From an uncultured Verrucomicrobiae bacterium (GTDB lineage Bacteria; Verrucomicrobiota; Verrucomicrobiia; Chthoniobacterales; UBA10450), in assembly GCA_963834385.1 (NCBI GenBank), contig CAWIBO010000002.1:800001-864000 (forward strand): a stretch of 64,000 bases of DNA. Direction: 5' to 3'. Position 1 is the stretch's first letter; each line of letters opens with the position of its first letter. The translations under genes were made by a program, and so were the position numbers. This document shows, in pieces, positions 30,427-40,135 of this stretch. The notes under the pieces were generated by a model. It did not search any database and was not told the origin of the DNA. It saw nothing but the letters and a program-made list of their open reading frames with translations.

Positions 30427-31299
30427 ATGTTCTCCCTCACCACGCTCGGCAGCGGCAGCGCGGGAAACAGCGCCCTGGTCCAGACGTCGCATTGCCGCAT
30501 CCTCGTGGACGGCGGACTGAGCGCGCGGCAACTGACACAGCGGCTCGAGCTTTGCGGGCTGAGGCCGGACCAGCTCGATGGCGTCCTCCTGACCCACGAG
30601 CATGGCGACCATGTCTGCGGGCTCGAGGTGCTATGCCGGAAACACCACGTCCCGATCTACACCAACGCCCTCACGGCCGAGGCGATCCGCTGCGGGAGCA
30701 CGCTCGACCAACACCGCAACTGGCGCATCTTCCAGACCGGCGCGGAATTTTCCATCTGCGATATCACGGTGCAAACGTTCCCCGTGCCGCACGACGCGGT
30801 GGATCCGGTCGGGTTCGCTTTTCATGCCGGGCGCAGCAGCCTCGGTTTCATCACCGACCTTGGTTACCCGACGAAGATGCTGGTGGAACGCCTGCGCGAA
30901 GTGCACACCCTCGTGATCGAGACGAACCACGATGAAAAACTGCTCCAGGCCGATCCGCATCGGCCCTGGCCGGTGAAACAGCGGATCATGTCGCGCCACG
31001 GCCATCTCTCCAACGTCGCCGCCGCCGGCGTGATCGAGCAATTGCTCCCGGGAAAAGTGCGGCGCATCGTCCTGGGCCATCTCAGCCGCGACTGCAACAC
31101 CCCCGCTCTCGCCGCCGGGGCCGTGCAGGCGCTCCTGCAAAAGACCGACCGGACCGAGATCGAAGTTTTCTGCGCCGATCAACGCCAGCTCAGCCCCTGT
31201 TTTGCCATCGGCGAAACGGGCGGCGGCGCTTTCCAGTCTTCGTTTGACGGTCTCTTCCTGCCGGGACCGGAGACGGTCCGTTCGCGCCGGGCGGCCTAG
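30427..31299 (+). CDS. MBL-fold metallohydrolase (YycJ/WalJ-like)
   Basis: LGSGSAGN, THEHGDH, PHDA, TDLG, GHLSN, GHLSRDCN. Confidence 0.9.
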   Translation: MFSLTTLGSGSAGNSALVQTSHCRILVDGGLSARQLTQRLELCGLRPDQLDGVLLTHEHGDHVCGLEVLCRKHHVPIYTNALTAEAIRCGSTLDQHRNWRIFQTGAEFSICDITVQTFPVPHDAVDPVGFAFHAGRSSLGFITDLGYPTKMLVERLREVHTLVIETNHDEKLLQADPHRPWPVKQRIMSRHGHLSNVAAAGVIEQLLPGKVRRIVLGHLSRDCNTPALAAGAVQALLQKTDRTEIEVFCADQRQLSPCFAIGETGGGAFQSSFDGLFLPGPETVRSRRAA

Positions 31300-31305
31300 G
31301 GAGAG

Positions 31306-31680
31306 CTAATCCTCGTCGCCCACCACGAGGTGGATCGTGCCGGCCGGGCTCGAGACCCAGAACCCGTCGAAATCCTCCCGCAACTGCTCCACTTCATCCC
31401 GGCGCGGAACGCCGTTCACTTTTAAATAGGAAGCGGCCGCCTCGGTGTCGTTGGTCTGCAGTTCCAGCCAGATATCGGGATGGCTCAGGTTGGGGACCCG
31501 GTCGAGCCAGAGCCGGATGTTGCCGAACTGAAAAACGCTTCCCTCCGGTTCCTCCTCCAGCAACGGCAACCCGATGGTGTCCCGGTAAAAGGCCAGGGTG
31601 GCCTCGTAGGTATGGTAGGGGCACTTGATGGCGATGTTCACGCCCCCGGAAAACTGCGGGTTGTTGAAATTGGCGACCAC
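31306..31680 (-). CDS. VOC/glyoxalase-fold protein
   Basis: AFYRDTIGLP...FWVSSPAGTIH. Confidence 0.75.
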   Translation of the reverse strand: MVANFNNPQFSGGVNIAIKCPYHTYEATLAFYRDTIGLPLLEEEPEGSVFQFGNIRLWLDRVPNLSHPDIWLELQTNDTEAAASYLKVNGVPRRDEVEQLREDFDGFWVSSPAGTIHLVVGDED

Positions 31681-31711
31681 GGGAAAACTATAAGCGACGG
31701 CGGCCGACCTG

Positions 31712-33130
31712 CTAGCCCCCGGCCGATCCTTCCCCGCCCGGCTCGGTCATCGACCAGGGATCAAGCGCCGCGTTCAATTCCTCTTCCGGCAGCACCTTTT
31801 TTTCCCGGCAAAGCTCGCGCACGGTGCGCCCGGTTTTCGCGCTCTCCTTGGCGATCTCGGCCGCCCGATCATACCCGATCCTGGGGGCGAGGCTGGTGAC
31901 CATGGCCATGGAAAGTTCCACCAATTCCTGGCAGCGTTCCTCGTTCGCCTCGATCCCGCCTACGCATTTATCGCAGAGAATGCCGGCGACGTTGGCCAGC
32001 AGGCGGATGCTCTCGAGAAGATTGTGCGCCATCACCGGCATCATGACGTTGAGCTCAAGGTTGCCGTTGGCTCCACCCCAGGTGATGCAGGCATCGTTCC
32101 CGATCACCTGCGCGCAGACCATCATGGTCGATTCGCAAATGACGGGGTTGACCTTGCCCGGCATGATCGAGCTGCCGGGTTGCGTGGCCGGGAGCCGGAT
32201 CTCGCCAATCCCGCAGCGGGGACCGCTGCTCAGCCAGCGCAGGTCATTGGCGATCTTGAAGAGACTGACCGCGATGGTCTTGAGCTGTCCACTTGCCTCC
32301 ACCACGGCGTCCTTGCCGCCCTGCGCCTCAAAATGGTTGGCCGCTTCCCGGAACGGCAGTCCGGTGCGCTGCTCGAGGTGGCGCATGACCCGGGCCGGAA
32401 ATTCAGGAGGCCGGTTCAACCCGGTCCCCACGGCGGTGCCGCCCAGCGCCAGTTCATAAAGGGCTTCGCGGGCGCGCGCGGCCCGGGCCTGCCCCAGGCG
32501 GACCTGCCGGGCCCAGCCCCCGAAATCCTGACCCAGGCGCACCGGGGTCGCGTCCATCAGGTGGGTCCGGCCGATCTTGATGATCCGGTCGAACGCCTGC
32601 GCCTTTTCCTCAAGCGCGTCGCCCAGCCGGGCCAGGGCCGGTTCCAGACATTCGTGCAGCTGTTCCGCCGCGCTGATGTGCATGGCGGAGGGGATCACGT
32701 CGTTGCTCGACTGGCCCATGTTCACATGGTCGTTCGGGTGCACCGGGTCGCGCGCGCCGATCGCCTTGCCGTCGAGCTGGCAGCTCCGGTTGGCGATGAC
32801 TTCGTTCGCGTTCGTGTTCGTGCTCGTGCCCGAGCCGGTCTGGAAAATGTCGAGCGGGAAATGCTCATCCAGTTTTCCCTCCACCATCTCCTCGGCCGCC
32901 TGGACGATGAGGGCGGAGCGATGCGCCTCGAGCAGGCCGAGATCGTGGTTGGCCTGCGCCGCGGCCCACTTCACCAACCCGAGCGCGCGCAAAAACGGCC
33001 GGGTAAACCGATAGCCGCTTACTGGAAAATTCAGGACCGCGCGCTGGGTCGAGGCGCCGTAGAGCGCCTCGGCGGGCACCACCATCTCGCCCATCGAATC
33101 CCGCTCCGTGCGAGAGTCGCCGGGATTCAT
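31712..33130 (-). CDS. fumC: Class II fumarate hydratase
   Basis: QTGSGTSTN, HPNDHVNMGQSSND, GRTHLMDA, GSSIMPGKVNP. Confidence 0.96.
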   Translation of the reverse strand: MNPGDSRTERDSMGEMVVPAEALYGASTQRAVLNFPVSGYRFTRPFLRALGLVKWAAAQANHDLGLLEAHRSALIVQAAEEMVEGKLDEHFPLDIFQTGSGTSTNTNANEVIANRSCQLDGKAIGARDPVHPNDHVNMGQSSNDVIPSAMHISAAEQLHECLEPALARLGDALEEKAQAFDRIIKIGRTHLMDATPVRLGQDFGGWARQVRLGQARAARAREALYELALGGTAVGTGLNRPPEFPARVMRHLEQRTGLPFREAANHFEAQGGKDAVVEASGQLKTIAVSLFKIANDLRWLSSGPRCGIGEIRLPATQPGSSIMPGKVNPVICESTMMVCAQVIGNDACITWGGANGNLELNVMMPVMAHNLLESIRLLANVAGILCDKCVGGIEANEERCQELVELSMAMVTSLAPRIGYDRAAEIAKESAKTGRTVRELCREKKVLPEEELNAALDPWSMTEPGGEGSAGG

Positions 33131-33765
33131 GCGCGTGATTCGGAGGGAAACACCCCGCGCCGGTCGTCCGGCACATGCTGGCGGCCGGGCCCGCTGCTGC
33201 CGTTCCGGCTCGCGTCCTTGTGAAAGACGGTGATGAACATCGGCGGAATATTCTGCAGAAAATACTCGGAGTCAGCCCGGTCGAAAAGAGTGGCGTGCTG
33301 CCGCAGCTCGTTGGTCACCTGGTAAATGATGAAACGTCCGCCCGGGCGGAGCGCGTCGCAGATTTCGCGCAGCAGGGCCCGCTTCTTTCCGATCTCCAGG
33401 ATGCTGAAGGGGATGCCGGAAAGGATGTAATCGCAGCTGTCGATCCCACGCCGGCGCAGCTCGTCGCGGAGATGCGCCGCGTCGCAATGCAGCACCTCCA
33501 CCCGCGGATCATGCGCAAACTGCCGGGTCAGTTCCTTCGAGAAGGCGGCATCAAGCTCAAACAGGAAAAGACGCGATTCCGGGTGCATCCGGCGCGCGAT
33601 CTCGCGCGAGTGCACCCCTTCGCCGGGGCCGAACTCCGCAATCACCGCCGGCCGGCTCAGGTCCATCTTGCCGGCCACCCGTTCCACCAGCGCCTTGGAA
33701 CTGGGAATGATGGACGCGACCTGAAACGGACGTTGCAAAAAGCGCTTAAAGAACAGGACGCTCAT
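33127..33765 (-). CDS. Class I SAM methyltransferase (PmtA-like phospholipid N-methyltransferase)
   Basis: ASIIPSS, EFGPGEG, ILSGIPF, NIPP. Confidence 0.8.
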   Translation of the reverse strand: MSVLFFKRFLQRPFQVASIIPSSKALVERVAGKMDLSRPAVIAEFGPGEGVHSREIARRMHPESRLFLFELDAAFSKELTRQFAHDPRVEVLHCDAAHLRDELRRRGIDSCDYILSGIPFSILEIGKKRALLREICDALRPGGRFIIYQVTNELRQHATLFDRADSEYFLQNIPPMFITVFHKDASRNGSSGPGRQHVPDDRRGVFPSESRA

Positions 33766-33953
33766 CGAGAGGGTCGCACTGTCGGCTGGACGCCGCGCCT
33801 TGTCTACCCGCATCTCCGCCCTCGCCGGGCGCCCGGCGCAGGCCCGGAAAAACCCCAAAAAGATGCGTCGTTGACTTTAATTATGAAATCTATAAGGCTG
33901 AGGGGTGCGAAAAATGTCTTGCCGACTTTCGGGCGACCTGCTGAATCTCAGCC

Positions 33954-34505
33954 ATGCATAACCTCCTGACGGTCAAGGAAACCGCGAAATATCTCCGGAT
34001 TCCCCTTCCGACCGTCTATTATCTGGTTCAGCGCGGCCAACTTCCTGCCATTCAGATCGGGGGCCGCTGGCGCATCAAGAAGAACGCGCTCGACAAGGAT
34101 ATCCTCAAGGAGGACAAGTCCGGCCAGCCCACCGTCCTCGTCGTCGATGACGACGAGAGTTTGCAGAACCTTTTCAAGCTCTTCCTTAAAAAAATCGGCT
34201 TCAGCCGGGTGGTGGTCGGCACGGTGAAAGAGGCCCTGGCCGCCCTGGAGAAGCAAAAGTTCGATCTCCTCTTTCTCGACCTGAAACTGCCGGACGGCGA
34301 GGCCGACGACGTCTATGACGCGGCCAAGGAGACCGATCCGGACCTGCCCATTATCATCATCACCGGGTATCCGGACAGCGAGATGCTCGATCGCATCCTG
34401 GCCAAGGGTCCGATCACGGTGCTGAAAAAGCCGCTCCAGGTGGAGCAATTGCAGCAGACGGTGCGCATCCTTGGGCACAAGGACGCCGCCAAGCTCGCGG
34501 CCTGA
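33954..34505 (+). CDS. Excisionase-like HTH fused to a C-terminal receiver domain
   Basis: LLTVKETAKYLRI...GGRWRI followed by VLVVDDD, LDLKLPD, ITGY, KKP. Confidence 0.9.
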   Translation: MHNLLTVKETAKYLRIPLPTVYYLVQRGQLPAIQIGGRWRIKKNALDKDILKEDKSGQPTVLVVDDDESLQNLFKLFLKKIGFSRVVVGTVKEALAALEKQKFDLLFLDLKLPDGEADDVYDAAKETDPDLPIIIITGYPDSEMLDRILAKGPITVLKKPLQVEQLQQTVRILGHKDAAKLAA

Positions 34506-34510
34506 TTCCC

Positions 34511-34536
34511 CGCCCGGAGCTTCCGGGCTTTTTTCT
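34511..34536 (+). terminator. Intrinsic terminator
   Basis: GCCCGGA-GCT-TCCGGGC followed by a T-run. Confidence 0.75.
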
Positions 34537-34590
34537 TCCCGCGCTTGCGAACTTCCTCCGCGGCGCGATAATTCCCGCCCGGCCCAGCTT

Positions 34591-34665
<75 letters not shown>

Positions 34666-34766
34666 TTCTTTCCCGCCTTACATTCTTGTAACGCTGGCGC
34701 GAGCTCGTTTCGGACAAAACCAACCGTAACAATCTGCAGGTCCGCCTCCGCTGGCGGGCCTGTTCT

Positions 34767-35912
34767 TTATCTCCGGGCGCTCTTTGTTTTGCGCCTGGTT
34801 CCGCCCGATTTTTTCGCCTTCTTTTTGCGGGTCGCCCCGGCCCGTCTCGTGGACGCGCGCAGCGGACGTTTAGTCTTCGCTCGCCGCTTTGTTTCCGCCG
34901 GCTGCTTTTCCTTCCGTTTCGCGGACGCTTTTTTCCGGCGCGGTGTTTTCGCCGGCGGGCCGACCACCAGGACCGGGCAGGGCCCATGCCGCACGACCTG
35001 TTCCGCGGTGCTTCCCAGAAAAATCCGTCGCACCCCTTTTCGTCCGTCGGTTGAAATGATGATCAAATCGGTTTTCCGCTTTTGCGCGGCTTCCACCACC
35101 GCCCACGCGGCGGACCCCTCGGCAATCAGGGTCTGGTAAGGGACACGGCCGAAGACCATGCTCTGCACCAGCTCATCCATGCGCACGCGCGCAGCGCTAC
35201 GTTCCCGCGCCCGGAGCGCACTGACATCGTGCGGGACATAACGGGGGCTGCTGCTGCCGGGCGGGATGGAAATGACATGCATCAAGGTCAGGCGCGCCCC
35301 CGCCGCTCGCGAAAACTGCACCGCGTAATCAAGGCCGAGGCCCGATTGTTCGGAGAAATCGACCGGGGCCAGGATGTTCCGGACAGGCCACTGCTTCCCG
35401 GGCGTTTTCACCTTCGGGAGCAATTCCTTCTCGCCGCGCACGACCAGCACGGGGCAGGAAGCCTCGCGCACCACGCGCTGCGCCGTGCTTCCGAGAATGA
35501 CGTCGCGCACATGGGCGATCCCCTGGGTGGCCAGGATAATCAGGTCGGCCTCGCGTCGCTGGGCCTCGTGGCAGATCATTTGATACGCTTTCCCAGTCCG
35601 CAAATGGCACCGGCTCGCCGGAATGGGGGGCGCGGCCTTACGCGCGGTGGCGTGCAGCCGGCGCCGCAGCCTGTCTTCCAGTTCCGCTGCGGTCAGGCCC
35701 CAGGGCGCCAGCTCCGGGTCGACCTGCCGCAGGTCGACCACGTGGATCAAGTGCAAGATGGCCTTGAATTGACTGGCCAGAGCCTGGGCGTAACGGAGCG
35801 CCTCCAGTGAGGCTGCCGAGAAATCGGTCGCGACCAGAATGGTGCGAAGCGCCAGTTTCTGCCGCCCGCGCGCGGCCGGGTCAGGAAGGTTGCGTTGGGG
35901 CCGCTTCTTCAT
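34767..35912 (-). CDS. Tandem-domain universal stress protein with Lys/Arg-rich C-terminal tail
   Basis: ILVATDFS...LGSTAQRVVREASCPVL and ILAPVDFS...LGSTAEQVVRHGPCPVL. Confidence 0.92.
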   Translation of the reverse strand: MKKRPQRNLPDPAARGRQKLALRTILVATDFSAASLEALRYAQALASQFKAILHLIHVVDLRQVDPELAPWGLTAAELEDRLRRRLHATARKAAPPIPASRCHLRTGKAYQMICHEAQRREADLIILATQGIAHVRDVILGSTAQRVVREASCPVLVVRGEKELLPKVKTPGKQWPVRNILAPVDFSEQSGLGLDYAVQFSRAAGARLTLMHVISIPPGSSSPRYVPHDVSALRARERSAARVRMDELVQSMVFGRVPYQTLIAEGSAAWAVVEAAQKRKTDLIIISTDGRKGVRRIFLGSTAEQVVRHGPCPVLVVGPPAKTPRRKKASAKRKEKQPAETKRRAKTKRPLRASTRRAGATRKKKAKKSGGTRRKTKSARR

Positions 35913-36015
35913 GGTTCAAGCTCAAGACACCGGACCGTGACGCGGATGGCGAGACTTTTCACGCGGACCAATTCCCCGCTTCTGACCACGCCGCGCCACC
36001 CATTCATTTCTCATC

Positions 36016-37011
36016 TCAGGGTTCGGGTTGCAGCTCATTTCCCGAGAGGGTGCCGGCGGCAAAAGCCAGGATGTTTTGTGTCGTCGTCGTGGCGATGTTT
36101 TCGAGCGCTTCCCGCGTAAAGAACGCCTGGTGGCCGGTGATCAGGACATTGGGAAAGGTCAGGAGCCGACTGAAAACATCGTCCGGGATGATCAGGCCGG
36201 AGCGATCCTCGAAAAAGAGATCGCTCTCCTCCTCATAAACGTCGAGCCCGAGCGAACCGAGCCGGCCCTTCTTGAGCGCATCGATCACTGCCGGGGTGTC
36301 GAGCAACGCGCCCCGGCTGGTGTTGATCAGCATCGCGCCCGCCCGCATTTTCCGCAGGGCCTCGGCGTCAAGCAGATGCCGGTTCGAGTGGGTGAGCGGG
36401 CAATGCAGCGTGACGATGTCAGCTGCCGGGAGCAGCCCATCCAAATCGACGTAATCGACGCCGGCTTTCTCGCAGTCCGGGTTTGGCGCCGGATCGAAGG
36501 CGAGCACGCGGCAGCCGAACCCGAGAAAAATTCTGGCCACGATCGCCCCGATGCGACCGGTCCCGATGATGCCCGCCGTTTTCCCGTGGAGATCGAAGCC
36601 CAGCAGGCCGTCGAGGGCGAAGTTTCCCTCCCGCACCCGGTTGTAGGCGCGATAAAGTTTCCGGTTCAGCGCCAGGACCAGCCCCAGCGTGTGCTCCGCG
36701 ACCGCGTGGGGCGAGTAACCCGCTACTCGCACAACAGTCAGGCCGTCTCGCGTCGCCGCGGCCAGGTCGACATTGTTATGGCCGGCACAGCGTAACGCCA
36801 CCAGCCGTGTTCCGCCCTCGGCCAGCGCCTGCGTCACCGGGGCGTCGACGCGGTCGTTGACAAAGACACACACGGCCGGGAATCCACGAGCCAGGGAAAC
36901 GGTTTCCAGGGTGAGACGCGGCTCGAGAAACCGGAACTCATGGTGATCACCCCCGGCCGCCTCGAGGAATTCGCGGTCATAGGGTTTGCTGCTGAAGACG
37001 GCAACTTTCAT
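36016..37011 (-). CDS. ldhA: D-lactate dehydrogenase-like 2-hydroxyacid dehydrogenase
   Basis: [36 protein letters not shown]. Confidence 0.88.
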   Translation of the reverse strand: MKVAVFSSKPYDREFLEAAGGDHHEFRFLEPRLTLETVSLARGFPAVCVFVNDRVDAPVTQALAEGGTRLVALRCAGHNNVDLAAATRDGLTVVRVAGYSPHAVAEHTLGLVLALNRKLYRAYNRVREGNFALDGLLGFDLHGKTAGIIGTGRIGAIVARIFLGFGCRVLAFDPAPNPDCEKAGVDYVDLDGLLPAADIVTLHCPLTHSNRHLLDAEALRKMRAGAMLINTSRGALLDTPAVIDALKKGRLGSLGLDVYEEESDLFFEDRSGLIIPDDVFSRLLTFPNVLITGHQAFFTREALENIATTTTQNILAFAAGTLSGNELQPEP

Positions 37012-37026
37012 CGGCGCAAGACCATC

Positions 37027-38019
37027 CTATCTCAGCCAGTAGAGCGCGGACAGGGCCCCTGTCACCAGCACGATGATCAGGAGAGCGTCCGGTTCGACGA
37101 TGACGCGGCGCCGTTCCATGTGATAAAGCTGCCCCATCACGGCCACGGCGGTGACAAGAATGGCGGCCAGGCAGGTAAAAATGTGGAGAGGTGAGACCAT
37201 GCTCAGAAGCGGACCGGTTTGCGCGAGGTCCAGCGGCAGGAGCAGGAGCATGTTAAAGGCGTTGCTCCCAAAGATGTTTCCCAGGGCGAGGTCAAAGGCC
37301 CCGAGACGAACCGCGGCGTAACTGGTCACGATCTCCGGCAGAGAGGTGCAGAAGGCCACCGCCGCCGTCCCGATGAAGGTCGTCCCGAGTCCGGAGGCCA
37401 CGGCGAGGTCGCCGGCGGCGCTCGAGAGAAAAGGAGCAGCCAGGAAGATGGAGGCACCGGCCACGAGATAAAGCCCCACGGCCTTCACAAGCGTTTCTTT
37501 CCCCTCGGAGGATTTCTCTGCCACGCTGGCAAGCGCCGACCGCTGATCATAAAAGACGAGGCGCAATCCCAGCAGGTAAGCCACCGCCACGGCGCCGCTC
37601 CCCAGGCCGATCCCGGCGGGCTCGATCCCGGAAAGACGCGGGCCCAGGAGCAGACCAATCCCCGCCAGGGCATAAAGTGTCATTGTCATGGTCGCGGAGA
37701 GAGCGTGTGCCGCCGCCGCATGCGAAAACATGCGGCGGCGCGAGCGATGACTCAGATCCAGCACGGCGAGAATGAGCAGGTTGAACAGGCAACTGCCAAA
37801 GAGGTCGCCCACGGCCAGGTCGGGCAATCCAAGCCGAATGGCGCTGAGGTCCACGCTCAGCTCCGGCAGCGAAGTGGCGCCGGCGAGAAAAACACCGCCG
37901 ACCAAGAGCCGGCCCCATCCGGTGCGGCGGGCAATGGTGTCCGCCGCCCGGGTGAGGAACGTCCCGGCTACGACAATGGCCAGGCCCGCCAGTCCAAACT
38001 GCAGAAGCGGGGCCAGCAT
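37027..38019 (-). CDS. Sodium:calcium (CaCA) antiporter
   Basis: Two alpha repeats: ATSLPE...GDLFGSCLFN and TSLPE...GNIFGSNAFN. Confidence 0.9.
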   Translation of the reverse strand: MLAPLLQFGLAGLAIVVAGTFLTRAADTIARRTGWGRLLVGGVFLAGATSLPELSVDLSAIRLGLPDLAVGDLFGSCLFNLLILAVLDLSHRSRRRMFSHAAAAHALSATMTMTLYALAGIGLLLGPRLSGIEPAGIGLGSGAVAVAYLLGLRLVFYDQRSALASVAEKSSEGKETLVKAVGLYLVAGASIFLAAPFLSSAAGDLAVASGLGTTFIGTAAVAFCTSLPEIVTSYAAVRLGAFDLALGNIFGSNAFNMLLLLPLDLAQTGPLLSMVSPLHIFTCLAAILVTAVAVMGQLYHMERRRVIVEPDALLIIVLVTGALSALYWLR

Positions 38020-38023
38020 GAGT

Positions 38024-38398
38024 TCAGGCTGCCGCGAGGAGAGGCTTGGCAGCTCCCAGCCTCTCCACCACTGCGGCAAACTCGTCCGCGCGGAACGGTC
38101 GGGCCAGGCAGGCCGCCGCCCCTTCCGCATAGGCCAGGCCGGCGGCATGATATCGGTCCCGCGCCGTTACCGCGATCACGGGAATGCCCGCGCCGCAGCT
38201 CTGCACCGCGGCCAGCAACGTCATCCCATGGCAGCCTTCGGGAAAATCGAGAACCACGAGATCCGGTCGGGTGCGGAGCCGCGTGATCACCTCATCGATT
38301 TCTTCCCGCACTGTCACCGTCGCCCCACCGGCGCCCGCCCTCACTAACGCGCGCAACGCGGGATCCCTGGTCAGCAAAAGAATGCTTCGTGCCTTCAT
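38024..38398 (-). CDS. Atypical stand-alone receiver-domain protein
   Basis: ILLLTRD, PDLVVLDF, IAVTA, LARPF pattern; RBS GGAGG upstream. Confidence 0.7.
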   Translation of the reverse strand: MKARSILLLTRDPALRALVRAGAGGATVTVREEIDEVITRLRTRPDLVVLDFPEGCHGMTLLAAVQSCGAGIPVIAVTARDRYHAAGLAYAEGAAACLARPFRADEFAAVVERLGAAKPLLAAA

Positions 38399-38595
38399 AG
38401 GTTTTCCTCCTCCTTCCCAGTATACCGGAGTTTTTCGTGCCCGGCAGGCACCGCTTGTCAATTTCCGACCGCCCTTTGTGCCCCCGCCAGCCCACGAAGG
38501 ACGCAGCCTGCGAGCTGTTGCCGCTTTCGGCGGACACTCCCGGCATCTGCTGATTTTCCCCTCCCGCTTCACGTCGCCCTGTGACACAGTCCGGC

Positions 38596-39171
38596 ATGGA
38601 TAGCGTCGCGGAGCTTCTTCGGCAGACCATTGCCTCGGCCACCGGGGTTTTTACCAGTCTGTCCGGCCTGAGCGACCCGCTGGCACGCGCGATTGATGTT
38701 CTTGAGGAAGCCTTGCGCGCGGACCACAAAATCCTGGTTTGCGGGAACGGCGGCAGCGCGGCGGACGCCTCCCATTTTGCCACGGAGTTCGTGGTTCGCT
38801 TTGTCGACGATCGCCCTTCCTACCCGGCCATCTCGCTCGCGGCCGAGGCCGGCCTCCTCACCGCGGCGGGCAACGATTACGGGTTTGACGAGATTTTTGC
38901 CCGGCAGATCTCGGGTCTTGGCCGGCCCGGCGATGTTCTCCTGGCCATCAGCACCAGCGGCAATTCACCGAACATTGTTCGGGCGCTCGAGACCGCCCAG
39001 GCTGCCGGGCTTCGCACCATTGCCCTTCTTGGAAAAGAGGGCGGGCGGGCGCGCGGATTCGCCGAGGTGGAACTGGTGGTGGAACACGACGAGACCGCCC
39101 GGATTCAGGAGGCGCATATCCTCCTCCTGCACGTCATCTGCGCCGCCGTCGAAAAACGCCTCGCCGCCTGA
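38596..39171 (+). CDS. gmhA: Phosphoheptose isomerase
   Basis: CGNGGSAADASH, GNDYGF, ISTSGNS, RIQEAH. Confidence 0.92.
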   Translation: MDSVAELLRQTIASATGVFTSLSGLSDPLARAIDVLEEALRADHKILVCGNGGSAADASHFATEFVVRFVDDRPSYPAISLAAEAGLLTAAGNDYGFDEIFARQISGLGRPGDVLLAISTSGNSPNIVRALETAQAAGLRTIALLGKEGGRARGFAEVELVVEHDETARIQEAHILLLHVICAAVEKRLAA

Positions 39172-39184
39172 GCGGGTACGCCGT

Positions 39185-40127
39185 TCAATTCTTCCGCAGG
39201 GGAAGATGAATCGTCGCGATCATGCAGCGCGCGCTGCCGCCGCCCAGCTCGATCGTGGGCAGATGGAGCTCCACCAGTTTCGCGTGGTGCTGGATTTTTT
39301 CCCGCTGCGCCGGTGACAGCGCCGCCGCCGCCCGCTTCGACAGGACCAGCAGTTTCTCGCCGGCGTGATGCAACTCGATCGCGTTCCCGGCGAACTCGCC
39401 AATCTGGGCCGCGCTCAGGAGAATCACTTCCTTCCCGGTCGACTCGAGCAGATTCTGCACGCCCACCCGCTCGGCCTCGTCCGGGATGGTCTCGGCCCCG
39501 AGCAGGGCAAAATGCGTGCCCACGCACATCATCACGTTCGTGTGATAGATCGGTTTTCCATCCCGGCTCGCGCTCCGGAACGTCACCGGCTCATAATCAA
39601 AGTCCTGGCAAAACTGCTGCAGCACGGCCGGGTGCGTCCGTTGCGAGAGAGAGGCGTAAGCCACCTTGTTTTCATGGTCGAGCACCATGCTCCCTGTTCC
39701 TTCCAGGTGTTCGCCCCGTTCCTCCGTGCTCGAATAATCCACCACCTCCGTGACCTCGAAATAGCGTCGCAGCTCGTCGATGACATCGGGACGCCGTTCC
39801 AGGCGACGCGCCGCCGCCTGCATCGGATAAAGCGCCACCCGCCCGTCATGATGCGTCGAAAACCAGTTGTTCGGGAAAACCGCATCCGGCTTTTCCGGCG
39901 TGGCCGTGTCGTCCACCACATGAACGACCACGCCCGCCTCCTGCAAAGTTTTCACCGCGGCATCAAACTCCGCCGCGCGCCCGGCGCGACGTCTCCTCCC
40001 GATTTTCGGCCTGGACCGTTCCCTGGAAAGCGTTGTCCGCCGCGGTCTCCGGGTTCGGATAAAAACCGTGCGGCCGCACCATGAGGACGGCGTTGGTGCT
40101 TTGCGTGACGGAAACGGACTGGCCCAT
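39185..40127 (-). CDS. Amidinotransferase/arginine-deiminase-related protein (CtlX-like); +1 frameshift near 39975
   Basis: N-terminal VLMVRP..NPETAADNAFQ in one frame; PDAVFPNNW, LEGTGS, YHTNV, GGGSARCM in the next. Confidence 0.85.
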
Positions 40128-40135
40128 GCTCAACC

